Under the pieces are notes generated by a model, which was not told where the DNA came from, did not search any database, and saw nothing but the letters and a program-made list of their open reading frames with translations. Made by a program: the position numbers and the translations under genes. A stretch of 62,794 nt of DNA, filler included, from Basidiobolus ranarum (lineage: Eukaryota), in assembly GCA_040143965.1 (NCBI GenBank). It is 35 parts of 35 records of this genome, joined end to end, with 100 filler letters (N's around TTAATTAATTAA, not from the genome) between each part and the next. Parts side by side here need not be neighbours in the genome. Positions count along the whole stretch, not along the records: positions 10,825 to 12,526 come from JASJQH010011398.1; positions 12,627 to 14,328 come from JASJQH010011399.1; positions 14,429 to 16,130 come from JASJQH010011400.1; positions 16,231 to 17,930 come from JASJQH010011401.1; positions 18,031 to 19,729 come from JASJQH010011402.1; positions 19,830 to 21,528 come from JASJQH010011403.1; positions 21,629 to 23,326 come from JASJQH010011404.1; 28 more parts are not named here. One strand, given 5' to 3'. Positions 10,825 through 22,105 of the stretch are shown one piece after another (position 1 is the stretch's first letter; each line of letters starts with the position of its first letter).

Positions 10825-12526
10825 GATGTTTGCCAATAACAAAGAGTCCATAATAAAACCTTTGTCTTTTTCTTCAACTTCTGACATACTACCATTGGTA
10901 CTGGAATAACCAAGGTCAACATTAAGCAGCAAGTCCTCAAAGTTGTCTGGACTTACTGGTCTGAGCAAAGTTGCATTTTAACCTACATCATTCTGGTCAT
11001 ATAACTGTGGTAACTCCACGGTATCTTGACTTTTGGCGGTGTTACCAAAACTTTGAGGCAAACTACAGTCAGTGGACTCAATGGGCAAAACTAATGTTGA
11101 TTTCGCATACATATTACTGTTATTATATGCCAGGCTTTGTGCAGCTAGTGGCTTTGTACAGTGACAATATTTGTGATTATTTTTTCTATGAAGACACCAG
11201 CTTTCATAACACAAGAATTAGTGACATTAATAGCAGGCCTTCTTTAAATGGTTGTGTTGCTGCATGGAAAGGATATTGTGGAAAAAATAACACCTCCCAC
11301 GCAAGGGTGGTATTTTAGGTATAGGCCATCAATGTCTTCAGCTAATTCTGAGATAGTGTCACAGATGAGTCATCAGGGGATTTACAAGATATTTCCGGTA
11401 ATGGATGACAATTTTGGTTTAGTATAAGCTGTTTCTAAGCATTTTCATTACACCAAGTTTACCATCTGAAAATTTCAATGCCATTCAAAAAAGGTTCAAA
11501 ATCTAATTCAAAATCAGCTTCTATGCCAAAGCCTGCTGGCACAAGAGGAAGAAAGCCAGCAAGAACAGAGGACTTAATTGAAGAGCAGTCTAGTGATCCA
11601 CTCTCCAGTTTGGAAGGCATTAACATGGCAGAAACTAACTCAAGTAATGATGAAGTATTAATCAAATTACCAGATGTGTTTTTACTTTCCAGCAATAGTG
11701 CAAGTGAAGAGATTTTAGTCCCCCAATTACATAGTAAATCAATAGTGGAGCAAAGTTCAACCAAAACACCATCAAGACCATCATCTTCCAAAATGGTTAC
11801 TTTGCCCACTATTGAACAACCCTCCATAGAAAATTTGGATAGAATTATTACAACAAGGGAATCACAGGCAGAACACCATCATGATTTGTATGCAATGAAA
11901 GTAAAAATTATGAAGTTGCTATACAGGCCATGACCAGCAATAAAGCCGCAATATTGCAATTAATGCAGCATTCAGAAGCAACTAATCAACAGTGAGAGAG
12001 TCACTCCACAATGATACAAGACCTTCAGAATGCTGTAGTTGAGCTACAGCAACATGCTGCTCCCTCCCTCCATTCTCATATGGGATTTCAATCAATCCCA
12101 AACCACACATATGAATATCACCATGACAATCTAGCAGAGCAGTATATGTGTGAAGCAACTAGTCAACAGTCAGAGAGATACTCAACAATGATACAAGACC
12201 TTCAGAATGCTGTACTTGAGCTACAGCAATATGCTGCTCCCTCCATCCATTCTTATATGGGATTTCAATCAATCCCACACCATAAATATGAACATCACCA
12301 TGACAATCTAGCAGAGAAGAATATGTATTGGACCATTAAGCCTACACAACTATCCAAAATTGCTAGGGCACATGAAAGTAGAAATCTCATAGGAAAACCA
12401 GCACACATAAAGACTCTGAATGTCAGAGCTGCCATCACTTGCTCTAATGATGAGTGGTTTAACATTTTGAAAACTGTGTGGAATCTTGCCCAAAATCACC
12501 TGGATTTGAGCCAATTGTGGAAAAAC
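10825..12526. mobile_element. CACTA-like element central region: transposase 5' end (minus, ATG 11265) divergent from ORF2 (plus, ATG 11478)
   Basis: PVSPDNFEDLLL.. matches the transposase at 18702. ORF2 MPFKKGSKS..RKPARTEDLIEEQSS recurs at 18031-18193 and 47375-47928. Confidence 0.88.
11975..12328 (+). repeat. 177-bp in-frame tandem duplication within ORF2
   Basis: GAAGCAACTA at 11975 and 12152; MIQDLQNAV.ELQQ.AAPS.HS.MGFQSIP occurs twice. Confidence 0.92.
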
Positions 12527-12942
12527 NNNNNNNNNNNNNNNNNNNNNNNNNNNNNNNNNNNNNNNNNNNNTTAATTAATTAANNNNNNNNNNNNNNNNNN
12601 NNNNNNNNNNNNNNNNNNNNNNNNNNGAGACTACAAGGACCAATACAAAGAGGGATGATGTAAGGTTGATCAGGTGACCTTCCATGGAAGGTCTTGGCGG
12701 AAATACACTATGTGAGGTATGACATGACTGGTTAGGTTTTATGGAATGTTCCAAAGAGCATGACTTACATATAAGGTAATCTGGATGAACTGACACCAGA
12801 TTGCCAAGAAGGGATGGCATAACAGATATGATGTCATAATCTAATAACAGAGGAGTTCTATTTGTAGTGGATCCATATGCCGAGATCAGAATCATGATAG
12901 TTGCTTGATAAAAATGTTTAGGGGACTTGGTAGTGGTTTGCA

Positions 12943-13258
12943 CTAGATTTGGATGTGTAAATTACGCACTTAGGTTGTGCTGAATTGAATATGTCCTAAT
13001 TGTAGTTTACTGTGTAATAGGACTATTGGCCATGCTTAGATCATAACAAACATGCCTGTTAAGCAAGAGTGAGAATTTGAGATGATTTGGAAAAGTTTTT
13101 GAGAAAATAGTGAAACTTGGTAAAAGTGATCTAATTGATATTTCTATCAATTAGATCAATAAACACATGTTTTTCAATGACAGAATTGAGTGCTAAACAA
13201 TCAGAATATGAATAAAATAACTACTAAAGAATGAGATGCCATTTACCTACTTTCAACA
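12943..13258 (-). mobile_element. Copia 3' LTR (LTR-D) preceded by a PPT-like GAGCAGGAA
   Basis: Starts TGTTGAAAGTAGGTAAATGG just after the RNase H end; homologous to 34770-35078. Confidence 0.8.
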
Positions 13259-13289
13259 TTCCTGCTCAACTAATTATTTTATATTTCTC

Positions 13290-14030
13290 TTAAACATAAT
13301 TTACACCTTAATGATTCAAATTGTGCTCTAGCTTAAGGTTTGATTAAGATGTCAGCAATCATTTCTTCAGTAGGGCAATAGACAAGCTCAACTATATTAT
13401 CCTCTATGGCTTATCTAACAAAATGATGCCCGATATATATATATTTGTTCTAGCATGAAATGTAGGGTTTTTAACTAATGAAATACATCTTTGATTACCT
13501 TTAAATACAATAATAGCACATTTTTACAGGCATCCTAAGTCTGTAAATAGCTGCCTTAACCACATAGCTTCTTGTGTAGTAGCAGAGGCAGCCACATACT
13601 CTACTTCTGTAGTGGAAAGGGCTACGATTGGTTCTTTCTTGCTATTCCAAGTCATGGCCCCATTACCATAGAGAAAAGTGTACCCAGTTGTTGATCTTCC
13701 ATCAACAAGGTGTCCTTTCCAGTCTGCATCACTCTAGCCTTTAAATGTTTGTGCATCAAGAGTGGCAGAGAATTCCAGAACTAAATCTACAGTTCCTCTG
13801 AAATATCTCAATATTTGTTTTACTCCAGTTTGGTGCTCAGATCCAGGATTTTTGGGATATTGGCTGACAGATCCCACAGCCACAGCAATGTTGGGATGTG
13901 TTCCAACCATTGTATGTAATAAACTGCCCTCCATGGGTTGATAAAGGATCTCCTGGCTTTGATATGAGTCATTTAGGGCCAAATTGGATGATATTTTGAT
14001 TAATTTCACATAAGTATCCATTGATTACAA
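13290..14030 (-). mobile_element. Copia RT C-terminus / RNase H, degenerate
   Basis: VKQILRYFRGT, DADW, STTGY, ALSTTE.EY-type motifs with stops. Confidence 0.9.
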
Positions 14031-14039
14031 TACAAGCTT

Positions 14040-14328
14040 CCCTAACAGAAACTTGAGGATTGTTATTGTAGGAAAAACATCACAATTTTAAACCATTTGG
14101 GATTGACCGTTTACTTACCATCATAAAATTGTCAAGTTAGATTTGCTTTTAAACAATTTTTCAGTTTCAGGAGTGAAATTTCAAGATCTTGCAAAATAGT
14201 TCCAAATGATAGGCTACAATCTCAGAGAACTATGGATCAACACATGTGCAAAAAATGTAACTCAAATTTTACACAATTACCACTTGAATGCTAATTTGTC
14301 ACCTTCAAAATCCCTAGTCTCTTTGATA
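14040..14328 (-). mobile_element. CACTA-like terminus B (CCCTAACAGAAA..)
   Basis: Copia homology ends just before CCCTAACAG; reverse complement matches 2560-2839. Confidence 0.75.
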
Positions 14329-14428
14329 NNNNNNNNNNNNNNNNNNNNNNNNNNNNNNNNNNNNNNNNNNNNTTAATTAATTAANNNNNNNNNNNNNNNN
14401 NNNNNNNNNNNNNNNNNNNNNNNNNNNN

Positions 14429-15708
14429 CAGAAGTAATTGTTGCAAAGTTAGAAACAGCCTCAGTTATTGGTGGAATATCCAGGTGATATAGATTCCCAA
14501 CTCTTGTTCCAGTTGCTACTATCAAGTCCTTTGATTTGTGTGTGATTGCTTTTCCTTGGCTGAATTTGACATCATAATGTTTCTTTTCATTGCTCCAGTT
14601 GAAAGCAGATTTGTTGTAAATGATGGAATATATAAGACATCTTCCAAGGTTACTATTACACTTTTGGTTTTACTTATTTGTGAGTCAAGTGTGGCCTTTC
14701 CCTCTCCATATGCAACCAGTTTGTTTCTTCCAGCTACCATGATGTTCAGAGGTTCTATTTCCTTAGAGTCATGCATTATGTTTCTATTGTGACACATATG
14801 ATCACTTGCACCAGAATCTAGAATCCATACATCCACAGAGTAATTTCCTGAGTTAGAGGTTGCCATAAGTACATAGTGTTCATTTCCTCTTTTAGTGTTG
14901 TTATATGCTTCCTTTTTCTTTGAAACCCATTTCTTCATTGATCTGCAATAACATGCTGTATGTCCCAGTTTTCCACATTTGTAACATTTCACAGTGCTCC
15001 TTTCTGGTTGGCTATTTTGAGAATAAAATGCTTGTGTAGTTTTTGTTTCATCTGCAAGCTGACTTTTGTCTTTCCTCTTAAACTCTTCTTGACATAGACA
15101 AGTGATCAGATAATGCTGAATAAGCCTTTCCTCAATTGCTTCCAAAGTGAGTACAAGGGCTGAATATGATTCAGGGGGACCATTGATTATGGTAAGAATT
15201 ATATCCATTTCAGGTACTTCATAATTCACTGATTCCAGTTGTTGGGCAAGTTTCTAGACACCATTTACATATGTCATAATATCTGAATCCTCAGACATAT
15301 GAGAGTTTAAGAATTTTCTTTGTAGTATCATCAAGTGAGCAAGCCCTTTTTGCTCATGATGTTTGACTAGGATTTCCCATGCATACTTGGCAGAGGCAGC
15401 ATCTCTACTAGCCTAAGTTGTTGTGATCCCAGTCTTAGACATATTTCCCTAAATGCTAATCTGTCTTTTTCTTTAAAGGCTGCCCTGGCTTCTTTATGTG
15501 TTGGCTTCTTTGTTTCAGAGTCAGAATCTGTACTTTCTTCTTCAGAAATTTGTTCATCTTCATCTGGCTGAACTACTTTGCAGACATGTTTCCCTTCAAG
15601 CACATGTTGCATCTTGAATTTCCATTAATGGAAATCTTCCCCATTGAATGATGGAATATTAGTAATCTCCTTTTGGGAAGAAGCCTCTAATTCACTTGCT
15701 GATACCAT
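14429..15708 (-). mobile_element. Copia family B PBS-gag-protease, degenerate
   Basis: FNGEDFH.WKFKM, zinc knuckle CYKCGKLGHTACYC, protease WILDSGASDHM; PBS TGGTATCAG at 15707-15699. Confidence 0.94.
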
Positions 15709-16023
15709 GTTGGAGGATCTTGACATAATGGGGCTAGACTTTGCATATTAGAAACAACTTATAATAGTGTGATTGAATTACTTTATCCTTAAGAGCACAT
15801 GATGATTTACATAATAGAAAAGTAAATCAATTGTTTAAGATATTGAAAGTTTGGGTAATAAGATATAATAGATAAGTGGGGGTTATAAGACATATTTGCT
15901 ATATAGATATAGGTATATTCCTATCTACAATGCAGGGGCTATAGAAATGTTGCTTTCTGTTTCTCATATATGTATCATACCTAAATTTAACTAAGATGTT
16001 GTATAAAGATCAATTATCCAACA
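15708..16023 (-). mobile_element. Copia family B 5' LTR (316 bp)
   Basis: TGTTGGA...TCCAACA inverted termini; homologous copies at 40514-40830 and 50066-50259. Confidence 0.93.
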
Positions 16024-16130
16024 AGAAGCAACAGGGTCAAGAAAACTCTTAACAGATTTAGGTTATTCTCAAAATTCACCAACTACAATATTTCAAGATA
16101 ATCAAAGTTGTATCAAATTAGCTAAAAATT
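16024..16130 (+). mobile_element. Copia family A RNase H fragment (insertion target of family B)
   Basis: Matches 24832-24938. Confidence 0.85.
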
Positions 16131-16230
16131 NNNNNNNNNNNNNNNNNNNNNNNNNNNNNNNNNNNNNNNNNNNNTTAATTAATTAANNNNNNNNNNNNNN
16201 NNNNNNNNNNNNNNNNNNNNNNNNNNNNNN

Positions 16231-17930
16231 CAGTACTTGTAGTGAAGTTTGAGACAGGATTATTGCTTGTTGGTTTTCTGCTAGAAGTATTTACCCCCAG
16301 GATTGGTAATGATTTGAGCTTTATCATATATACATTGGTGGCTGATGTTTTAGACCTTGTCCCAGATGTGAAATCTTCTAAATTTGGATAGTGCAGATAG
16401 ATAGTTTCAGAATCCAAATTTGGCCTAATTCCAGTATCTATTTCAAATGTATCATTTTCCAAGCAGGTTTCAGTACTTGTTAGCTCAAGATTGGTTTCAG
16501 AACTCATCAACTCAGAATTTGAGTTATTGAGAAATTGATTTTCAGTCAAAATCAAATTCCCTTGATTGGACAATTTGAGATTTTCTTCAATGAATATAGT
16601 ATCTCTGGAGTTGATGATTTGATTTGTACCAGCAATTAGGAGACAGTAGCCTTTGTTCTGGTATCCTAATAGGATACATTTAATTGCCTTTTTGTTCAGT
16701 TTCCTATGCTGAGGTTTAGGAATATGAGCATATACTATTGATCCAAAAATTCTGAGGTGATGTAGATTAGGCTTGTTTCCAGTCCAGATTTCAACAGGAG
16801 TTTTAGAGTCATGGTCGCTATGCATTGGACTTCTGTTTTGGAGATATGTAGCTGTTAAAATAGCTTCACCCCAATAGGTCCTAGGCAGATCTGATTCAAT
16901 CAGCATTGTACATGCTGTCTCCACTAAAGTCCTATTCATCCTTTCTGCAACTCCATTTTGTTCTGCACTATATGGAATAGTAAATTGCTGCTGAATTCCC
17001 TTTTCTTGATAAAAGCTAGTCATGGCTTCATTGCTAAATTCAGTTCCATTATCACTGCACAGGTATTTGCTTTTTCTTCCTGTTATGGTTGTGACCATTG
17101 CTTAATATATCTTGAAATTTTGAAACACTTCTCCTTTGCTGGACATAAGATATGAAACTGCAAAGTGAGATTTATCATCAATAATGATGAGTAAATGTTG
17201 TCACTTACTTGGTGTCAGAGTTTGCATTGGGCTACATAAGTCTGTATAAATAGGATCCAATAAATCTTTGGCTTTGCTAGCTCCTTCTTTTGTATATGGT
17301 TTTCTGGCGATTTTCTCTTGAATACAGCTTTCACATTTAGTAATATCTGGGGGCTTAAGATCCATTCCAGTACATAGGCTATTTTTGTATAATAGTTTCC
17401 CACTATTCTAGCTTAGATGACCCAAGTGCTGATGCCAAGTCCTCAAGTTTCCAGAAGTAATTGTTGCAAAGTTAGAAACAGTCTCAGTTATTGGTGCAAT
17501 ATCCAGGTGATATAGATTCCCAACTCTTGTTCCAGTTACTACTATTAAGTCCTTTGATTTGAATATGATTGCTTTTCCTTGACTGCATTTGACATCATAA
17601 TGTTTCTTTTCAATTGCTCCAAATGAAAACAGATTTGTTGTAAATGATGGAATATATAAGGCATCTTCCAAGATTACCATTACACTTTTGGTTTTACTTA
17701 TTTGTAAGTTAATTGTAACCTTTCCCATTCCATAGGCAACCAGTTTGTTTCTTCCAGCTATAGTGATGTCCAGAGGTTTTATTTCCTTATAGTCATGCAT
17801 TATGTTTCTATTGTGACATATACGATCACTTGCACCAGAATCTAGAATCCATACATCAGCAGAGTCATTTCCTGATTTAGAGGTTGCCATAAGTACATAG
17901 TGTTCATTTCCTCTTTTAGTGGTGTTATAT
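16231..17930 (-). mobile_element. Copia family B protease-integrase
   Basis: WILDSGAS, WHQHLGH, SDNGTEF, EQNGVAERMNRTL; 17450-17930 is paralogous to 14429-14905. Confidence 0.95.
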
Positions 17931-18030
17931 NNNNNNNNNNNNNNNNNNNNNNNNNNNNNNNNNNNNNNNNNNNNTTAATTAATTAANNNNNNNNNNNNNN
18001 NNNNNNNNNNNNNNNNNNNNNNNNNNNNNN

Positions 18031-19729
18031 AAGTGAGATTCCAACATTTTAATGCCTTCCAAAGTGGATAGTGGGTTGCTAGACTGCTCATTAATTAAGT
18101 CCTCTGTTCTTGCTGGTTTTTTATTTTTCTGCCTGCAGGCTTTGGCGTGGAATCCAATTTTGATTAAGATTTTGAAGACTTTTTGAATAGCATTGTAATT
18201 TTCAGATAGTAAACTTGGTGTAATGAAAAGGCTTTGAAATAGCTTGCAATAAGGCAAAATTACCATTCATTGCCAGAAATATCTTGTAAAAACCCTGATG
18301 ACTCATCTATGACACCGTCTCAGAATCAACTGATGATATTTAAGAGCTATTCCTAAAATACCACCCTTACATAGGAGGTTTTCTCTTTTCCGCACTATCC
18401 TTTCCATGCCACAACACAAATGCTTAAAGAAGCCCCGCTATTATTGTCACAAATTCTTGTGCTATGAAAGCTGAAAGCTTCATAGAAAAAATATTCACAT
18501 GCATGGTCACTGTACAAAGCCACCAGCTACACAAAGCCTGGTGTATAACAACTGTAATGACTGCCCTAAATTGACTTTAGTTTTGCCTATAGAGTCCATT
18601 GACTGTACTTTGCCTCAAAGCTTTGGTAACACTGCCAAAAGTCAAGATACCATGGAGTTACCACATTTATATGACCAGATGATGCAGGTAGATTTGCTGC
18701 TTTGGTCAATCCAGTAAGTCCAGACAACTTTGAGGACTTGCTGCTAGAGGTTGACCATTGGTATTCCAGTACTGAGGGTAGTATATCAGAAGTTGAAGAA
18801 GAAGACAATGGTTTTGTTATGGACTCTTTGTTATTGGCAAACATCAGTCCACTCATAACACTGACTGTAATGGAAGCAGCTATGATTAGCAAGGAGTGGA
18901 GAGTTCAATCCAATCTTAGCAACCAGGTATGTATTGGTTTTCTTACATTTTTACCACAGTTGACTGGCAACTGTTGCTTGCCACAGACCTGGTACAAGTG
19001 GAAAACATTTGTCAAATGTATGACTTTTAATATTTCAGTAATTAAACTGCCTTCATGTCCAAATGGTTGTTTGGCTGTCACTGGTGATCTGAAAAACCTG
19101 AAGTCATGTACTGTTTGCACACAATTGGCAATCACTGAATCAGGTAAATATTGATCACATTTGACCTACATACCATTGATTCCCCATCCTAAAGTTTTTA
19201 TGAAATCACCCAAATATAGATCATTGATCTAATACCAGAGTACTCACCATAAAGCTGAGGTATTACCAATACACTTGATGAATATAACTACCAGAATCTG
19301 AAAAGTCTAGGTTTCTTTGGGAATATGTATGATCATGCATTTGCATTGGCTCTAGATGGTTTCTTGCTAAATAAATATACCTTTGGAAAGGCTTGATGGC
19401 CAATAATTGTCATTAACTTAAATCTTCCTCCTTCTGAATGGTATAATTGTCATAATATTTTGATACTCTCCATCATATCTGGACCTAAATCACCAGTGCT
19501 TATAGATAGCTTCTTGGAGCCTTTGATTGCAGAATTTGAACAGTTATCCAATGGGGTTCAGATGGGTGAATATTTTTTTAAAGCTAATATCATTGTATGT
19601 ATTGGTGACACTCCTGCCATCAGTAACCTTGGAGATTTTTGTGGGCACAATGCACTATCTTGCTGTAGATTTTGTCAAATCAATGAAGTCTACTCAAACA
19701 GGCATACACATTACTACTATCCAAATACA
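18031..19729 (+). mobile_element. CACTA/EnSpm element: ORF2 start (minus, ATG 18193) and Transposase_21-type gene (plus, ATG 18406), degenerate
   Basis: SCPNGCLA..CTVC, FALALDGF, NLNLPP, IISGPKSP..DSFLEPL..E, GDTPA..GH....CRFC are hallmark motifs of fungal Tnp21/CACTA transposases. Confidence 0.93.
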
Positions 19730-19829
19730 NNNNNNNNNNNNNNNNNNNNNNNNNNNNNNNNNNNNNNNNNNNNTTAATTAATTAANNNNNNNNNNNNNNN
19801 NNNNNNNNNNNNNNNNNNNNNNNNNNNNN

Positions 19830-20495
19830 GTTTCTTTCTTTTATAACCTTTGTACTTGCCAAAGCTATGTTTTCCAGCTCCAAAAAGAGCCACTTCCTCA
19901 GATTCCTTTTCCAAATTCTTACTTCTGAGATGTTGATACATTTGCCTAGCCACCACAAACTCCAAAGACAACTTGTCAGATCTTGCTTCCAAAGCTGTCA
20001 CTATGTTTGAGTACTTTTCTGGTGGACTACTTGAAAGAGTCATAATGACATCTTCTTCCTGTAAAGTTGCACCAATATCTTCCAGTTGTTTTGCCAGAGA
20101 TCCCACATTTTCCATATGAGTAACCATGCTTTCAAACTTTTCCATCTTTATATTGGAGAATTTTTGTCGGAGAAAGAGTCTATTAGCAAGACTCTTTGCT
20201 TGATAACACTCTTCAATATAGTCCAAGCATGATGGGCAGTCTTTGCATATTGAAAATTCACAAGTTGTGAATCCTTCAAGCTTTGACAAATGATATCAAA
20301 GGCCTTCTTGTCTCTTTTCTTGTAAGCTTCCAATAAAGAAAGGCCAGACAGTTCCTTTTCATCTCCAGAGACTACATCCCAAAGCTCCCTGTCTTCCATC
20401 ATGATTTGCATCTTGAACTTCCCAAAATTGTAATTTTCTCCATCCAGCATTACAACAATTGAGTTAATAAAAGTGGTAGTAATGGCTTCTGTCAT
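19830..20495 (-). mobile_element. Copia family C gag (frameshifted)
   Basis: LDGENYNFGKFKMQ..LWDVV, NRLFLRQKF, LPEKY-like UBN2-type gag motifs. Confidence 0.9.
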
Positions 20496-20695
20496 GCTGT
20501 AAAGGTTAGAACTGTTGAAAGTCTGTGGACTGGTGGTACAAGCAGTAATTCCCAAAGAGGAAAATATGGAGTATGGTGACTGCATCTGAACACAAAGTCT
20601 AAGGCCAATCAGTTTCTTGTATAGCTGAAATACCAAAGTACCATATATTGATAGACTAGGTTAAGGTTCTCTAGCAGTATAGGCATAGCATATAA

Positions 20696-20768
20696 GGACT
20701 GGTAGCTCAGTGGTTAGAGCACCTTGCTAGAGTGAAGGAGGTCCCAGGTTCAAATCCCGGCCAGACCA
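20696..20768 (+). tRNA. tRNA-like gene or pseudogene, anticodon AGA, short variable loop, inside the Copia leader
   Basis: GGACTGG TA GCTC AGTGGTTA GAGC A CCTTG CTAGAGT GAAGG AGGTC CCAGG TTCAAAT CCCGG CCAGACC A is a 73-nt cloverleaf with intact A and B boxes and three stem mismatches. Confidence 0.8.
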
Positions 20769-20801
20769 ATATTTCTCACTAAATAATCTCAATAAGAACA
20801 T

Positions 20802-20813
20802 GGGTCTCATAAC
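20802..20813 (-). promoter_or_regulatory. Copia primer-binding site, half-tRNA-iMet type (GTTATGAGACCC)
   Basis: Directly follows the LTR-terminal CA; resembles the GGTTATG(A/G)GCCC PBS of copia/Ty5-type elements. Confidence 0.7.
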
Positions 20814-21113
20814 TGATTGGGAAAATATGGGCTGTTTGGAGGAATTTTAGAAAAGTGGAGTTGTGACTAGCTTTGAGAGTTAATTATTTATTGGCCAGAA
20901 ATAAAGTATTTATACATTTTGGAGATAATACAGAAAACTAACACTGGGGTTGTGTTCAGAACATCTGGTGGAGTAAAATGAGCTATTTTTGGGGCAATTT
21001 GGATGAGTTTGAAATTTCCAATATGGAATTGCTAATTCTCACATTATTCACATACATATATAATATATGTTCCAATTTTTAGCAAAGTGATATTTGACCA
21101 AGTAATGTTAACT
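20814..21113 (-). mobile_element. Copia family C 5' LTR (about 300 bp)
   Basis: Boundaries set by other copies at 9022-9084, 28821-28905 and 55088-55294; ends ..CCCAATCA before the PBS. Confidence 0.8.
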
Positions 21114-21528
21114 AGACTTGTTCCATTGGACCAGGTCAGATTGTGCTGCTTGATCCAGCCTCCTAGTACACCATCTGGCATGATGTGTCAATTACCATGG
21201 CTGGGTCCTATAACACTCAATTGGACTCTATAAGGAACAATATGGCACTATCCCACCACAATTGGACACATTGATTTTATTGGAGATATTGTGCCAGCCA
21301 ATACCGTGTTACCCAATTTAGTATTGCCAAATTGCAATTTTGGGTAACTGACAAAGTAAGTTCATCACCTAGTTTGTAACTCACAAATCACTGAATGTGT
21401 AATAATAAACAATTTCAACTGTAACTTACCCAATCAAATGTATAACCAAGACATTCACATGTTTTTAGGCCAATCATTTGTCCCTCACTAACACAGTATC
21501 CTGATTTTCAATTGGGCAAAACAGCTCC
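21113..21528. mobile_element. End of an unclassified DNA transposon (TAGACTTGTTCCAT terminus)
   Basis: The same terminus occurs at 32021, and inverted at 32191-32204 and 52478-52490, with recurring GTGCCA/TGGCAC subterminal motifs. Confidence 0.5.
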
Positions 21529-21628
21529 NNNNNNNNNNNNNNNNNNNNNNNNNNNNNNNNNNNNNNNNNNNNTTAATTAATTAANNNNNNNNNNNNNNNN
21601 NNNNNNNNNNNNNNNNNNNNNNNNNNNN

Positions 21629-22105
21629 GTCAGTGCTATTCAAAATTGCAGATGTGTAGAAATTTTTCCACCATTTGTTTCCTGGTAAAGCATATTGATG
21701 TTGTTGAGTTATGTCAGATCAGTAAAACATGTGTATATGTAGAGACCAAACACAACAAGATTCTTGTATTTTTTTGATTCTCAATATGGATGGAATACAA
21801 AGCCTAAAATATCTAAATAAAGGCATGCGTATTAATTCAAATTCCTAGAGCAGTAATCCCAGTTATTTGCCATTCAAAAATTTTATTTTTGCAAAAATGC
21901 GGGATATTGAATAACACATGCCAAATTTTAGGATTTATATTTTAACATGTGTGAATACCATTAAGATACTGTCAACAAACCACCATCACACCATCAAAAT
22001 CCTTGGCAGAATGCAAGCCAACAATATTGTGATGGTTCTCTGATGGTTTTGCTATTTTTGAGGGTGGATCCAATCTGGATCAAATCAATTTTATTTTTGT
22101 TTGGG
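21629..22105 (+). mobile_element. CACTA transposase 3' end and terminus A
   Basis: YGWNTKPKISK* followed by the conserved 3' region ending TTTTATTTTTGTTTGGG. Confidence 0.85.

Noticed and set aside
20696-20768. Amber suppressor (CTA) or normal functional tRNA-Ser
   Set aside because: A CTA register puts G at position 33 and breaks the stem. A Ser identity conflicts with the short variable loop and three stem mismatches.
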